From positions 6,400,001-6,464,000 of the forward strand of contig OZ245006.1 in NCBI GenBank assembly GCA_965223545.1: a stretch of 64,000 nt of DNA, in the 5' to 3' direction. The position numbers and the translations under genes were made by a program. This DNA is from Planctomycetota bacterium (lineage in GTDB: Bacteria > Planctomycetota > UBA1135 > UBA2386). Of the stretch, positions 61,174 to 64,000 are shown piece by piece. The stretch's first letter is position 1. Every line of letters begins with the position of its first letter. Under the pieces are notes generated by a model that was not told the DNA's origin, ran no database searches, and worked only from the letters and a program-made list of their open reading frames with translations.

Positions 61174-62535
61174 CTACTGCAGGAGCAGGTCGTGCCGGCC
61201 GCCCGACTCGAACGCGGCGGGTGAACCGAGCCGGAGGGCGATCGGCTGCGCGTAGGCGGTCAGGCCGATGAGGCTCGGGTTGGACGGCACCGGCAGCGTC
61301 GCCGAGCCCGGCACGCCGAGCGCCAGGCTCATCACCAGGCTGCTCAGGTCCACAGTGATCAGGCCGTAGGGCTGGATGACGACCGACGTCGGCTGCACGC
61401 CGATCAGCACGACCGCGCCGAACACGGTCGTGCGGGTCGAGGTCACCGAGAACGTCGCGCCCTGACCGGGGGCCCAGTTGGTCACCGTCATCGCGATGCG
61501 CGCCGCTTCGTACGCGCCGACGTCGGCGACCGCGTTGCGGTCGCCGTTGGCGTCGCTGACGCGGCCGCTGCCGTAGTAGTCGTTGACGCGATAGGGCAGC
61601 GTTCCGGTCCAGCCGCCCTCGATGCCGGGCGAGCCCGGCTGCAGCCGGAAGTCACCGCCGGCTGCGTTGACGAAGTTGAGCGGAGTGTTGAGGTTGGTCG
61701 GCGGCGGCGTGAAGTTGAAGTTCGAGACGCATTGCGCCGCGTAGTTGTTCATCATCACTGCCGACGCGGGCACCGAGCTGTCGGGGAAGCCGATGTTGCA
61801 GTTGACGACCGCGTTGTTGCAAATCCACTGCTGGGTGGGGTTCTGGTCGAACGAGATGCCGTGGCCACAGTCGTAGAACGTGTTGTGATACACGTAAGTG
61901 CGGTCGCCGTTGCTGCCGGTGTAGTACTGCGTGCGAATGCGGATCGCGACGCCGGATTGGTTGGTGCCGATGAAGATGTTGTCGTGCACCGCACAGTCGA
62001 ATCCGCCCCAGAGAATCACCGAGCTGTTGCAGTCCTCGAAGCGATTGTTGTGGATGTCGACGCGCCGCACCGGACTCGGGTTGATCGCGATGGCGCCGTT
62101 GCCCCACGGTGAGATCCCCGCGTTGCGGAACGTGAGGTTGGCGATCTCCAGACCGTCGGTGGCCTGGCCGTCGATCTGCAAGAAGCCCCACTGACCGTCG
62201 GCCCCGTTGAAGTCGACGATGCAGGTGGCCACGTCGCTGCCGGTGATCGCCACGTTCTTGTAGTCGGTCAGCACCAGCGCCGCGCCCGCCGAGGTCACCG
62301 GGTCCCAAAAGTCGCCCGTGGTCTGCGGGCCGTACGTCGCGGGCAGAATGTGGTAGACGGCGTCCTGGTTGGTCGTGGTCAGCCCGAACGTCAGGGTCTT
62401 GAACGGTGCGGCTTTGCTACCGGGGTTGGCATCGCTGCCGTTGGCCCCGTCGATCCAGTAGTGCGTGACCTGCGCGGGACCCACCGCGCAGGCGAGAACG
62501 GTGGCGAAGACAGAGAGGATGGCGGGCTTGAGCAT
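61174..62535 (-). CDS. Secreted right-handed beta-helix protein (DUF1565-like N-terminus)
   Basis: Signal peptide, GSDANPGSKAAPFKT, N-rich repeats and DFRLQPGSPGI...DVGAYE. Confidence 0.8.
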   Translation of the reverse strand: MLKPAILSVFATVLACAVGPAQVTHYWIDGANGSDANPGSKAAPFKTLTFGLTTTNQDAVYHILPATYGPQTTGDFWDPVTSAGAALVLTDYKNVAITGSDVATCIVDFNGADGQWGFLQIDGQATDGLEIANLTFRNAGISPWGNGAIAINPSPVRRVDIHNNRFEDCNSSVILWGGFDCAVHDNIFIGTNQSGVAIRIRTQYYTGSNGDRTYVYHNTFYDCGHGISFDQNPTQQWICNNAVVNCNIGFPDSSVPASAVMMNNYAAQCVSNFNFTPPPTNLNTPLNFVNAAGGDFRLQPGSPGIEGGWTGTLPYRVNDYYGSGRVSDANGDRNAVADVGAYEAARIAMTVTNWAPGQGATFSVTSTRTTVFGAVVLIGVQPTSVVIQPYGLITVDLSSLVMSLALGVPGSATLPVPSNPSLIGLTAYAQPIALRLGSPAAFESGGRHDLLLQ

Positions 62536-62777
62536 GGAGTTCCTATACGGCTCGGAGGAAGGCTGGCGAGTATAGGAGAGCGCTCGCTCGCCCGCACTTG
62601 GTCGGGCGCACTGACGCCGCGACGTATTCGGCGGGCCCCGCCGCCAACCAATCGCGCTGTGTGCGATTCGGTGCTAACGGCGCAGCGGGTGCGTGGTCCC
62701 TGGTGCAAATCATCCCGGTGCGCCCTCGTTGCGCCGCTGCCCTCTTCGCACCCCTGACGCTTCCCCCCACTGTCACT

Positions 62778-64000
62778 ATGGGCAATCCCGTGCCGCGTCC
62801 GTCTCGGCGCACCCCCACAGTCGGTCTCACGCGCCTGCTGCCGAGCGGTGCAGCGCTGGCCCTCGCCGCTGGGCTCGCCGCGCAGACGACGGTCCCCGCC
62901 GGCTTCGTCGATGAGCACGTGCTCAACGCCGGGGAGTCGCCGGCGGCCCTGAAGTTCTCGCCCGCGGGCGATCTGTACTTCGCCCGCCGGATCCAAGGCG
63001 AGCTGTGGCGCGTGCCCTTCGGCCAGTGGAGCAGCCCCCGACTGCTCTACACATTCGACGTACCGAAAGACGGCAGCGGAAAGCCGGCGGCCCATCGCTC
63101 GTCGGGCCTGCGTGACTTCACGTTCAGTGCCGATGGTCGCTCGCTCTTCGTGTTCTACATGAAGAACAATCCGCGGCAGAATCGGCTGGTGCGGCTGGCG
63201 ATCGATCCAGGCAACCCCGATCGCGTGATCCCCGGCAGCGAGACCCTGCTGCTCGATCTGCCCTTCAACGGCGGCTCCGCCTCGGGCAGCCACAACGGCG
63301 GCGCCGTGGAGATCGGCAGCGACGGCATGGTCTACGTCACCACCGGTGACGGCTGGAGCGGCGGCGACAACGTCCAATCGCTGAGCACACACACCGGCAA
63401 GGTGTTTCGCGTCGCGCAGGATGGCTCGATCCCGACCGACAACCCGTTCTACGGCCAGACCTGGGGCCCGTACCGCGCGGTCTACGCGCTCGGCTGCCGC
63501 AACCCGTTCTCGATGAGCTGGAATGCGGGTGACGGTCGGCTCTACGTCAACGAGACCACGGGCACCAACAAGGGCGAGGTCTTCCGCGTCGACCGCGGCG
63601 CCAACTTCGGCCACCAGGGCTTCGGCGGGATCGGCACGTACGCGGCCGCGTGGACCAATGCATCGGCGGTGGCGCCGTTGAACACCGGCGGCGCGTGGTA
63701 CGACGGCTGGCGGTTTCAATCCGCGCAGCGGTCGTGGCCGTCGACGTACCACGGCGGCTACTTCGTCTGTCAGTGGGGAGACAACAACCAGACGCCCGGC
63801 AGCATCGTGTTCGTTCCCCCGGGCAACCGCTGGCCGCAGCCGTTCGCCGGTTCGATGAAAGCGCTCGACCCGAACGGCGCGCTGCTCAAACCGACCTGCG
63901 TGCGCGTCGGTCCCGACGGACACCTCTACTACCTGATGACGACGTACGACACCAGCCAAGGTGAAGTGCGGCGCATTCGCTACGGCGGCGGGGCCGCCGC
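62778..64000 (+). CDS. PQQ-dependent glucose/sorbosone dehydrogenase family protein, 3'-truncated by the window edge
   Basis: Translated by hand: HNGGAVEIGSDGMVYVTTGDG, GKVFR..DGSIPTDNPF, GCRNPF. Absent from the ORF track because no stop lies in the window. Confidence 0.88.
   Translation, partial: MGNPVPRPSRRTPTVGLTRLLPSGAALALAAGLAAQTTVPAGFVDEHVLNAGESPAALKFSPAGDLYFARRIQGELWRVPFGQWSSPRLLYTFDVPKDGSGKPAAHRSSGLRDFTFSADGRSLFVFYMKNNPRQNRLVRLAIDPGNPDRVIPGSETLLLDLPFNGGSASGSHNGGAVEIGSDGMVYVTTGDGWSGGDNVQSLSTHTGKVFRVAQDGSIPTDNPFYGQTWGPYRAVYALGCRNPFSMSWNAGDGRLYVNETTGTNKGEVFRVDRGANFGHQGFGGIGTYAAAWTNASAVAPLNTGGAWYDGWRFQSAQRSWPSTYHGGYFVCQWGDNNQTPGSIVFVPPGNRWPQPFAGSMKALDPNGALLKPTCVRVGPDGHLYYLMTTYDTSQGEVRRIRYGGGAA

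Overview
Very GC-rich bacterial chromosomal window. A Planctomycetota origin is inferred, not established, from the ECF-sigma fusion, the DUF1570-like protein and the secreted-protein style. In order it carries: a metallophosphoesterase, a radical SAM/SPASM enzyme, convergent NYN and Cas4-like/DUF2779 nucleases separated by a perfect 36-bp inverted repeat, a lysC-dapB-dapA-dapD operon, several hydrolases, a ~21-kb glycosyltransferase cluster, infA, two prepilin-like genes, dacB, an ECF sigma fusion, a CNNM protein, two short SDRs, a type IIA topoisomerase pair (A before B) and secreted enzymes. The main finding is a complete ~1.94-kb IS110-family element (22208-24147) inserted without target duplication into one copy of a 195-bp palindromic repeat family. 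Its long left end is a structured non-coding region holding four guide-like segments that match both halves of the target and both halves of the donor junction, as in a bridge RNA. Circularisation would also build a TTGACA-N17-TATGTG promoter. All RNA structures were paired by eye and no database searches were run.
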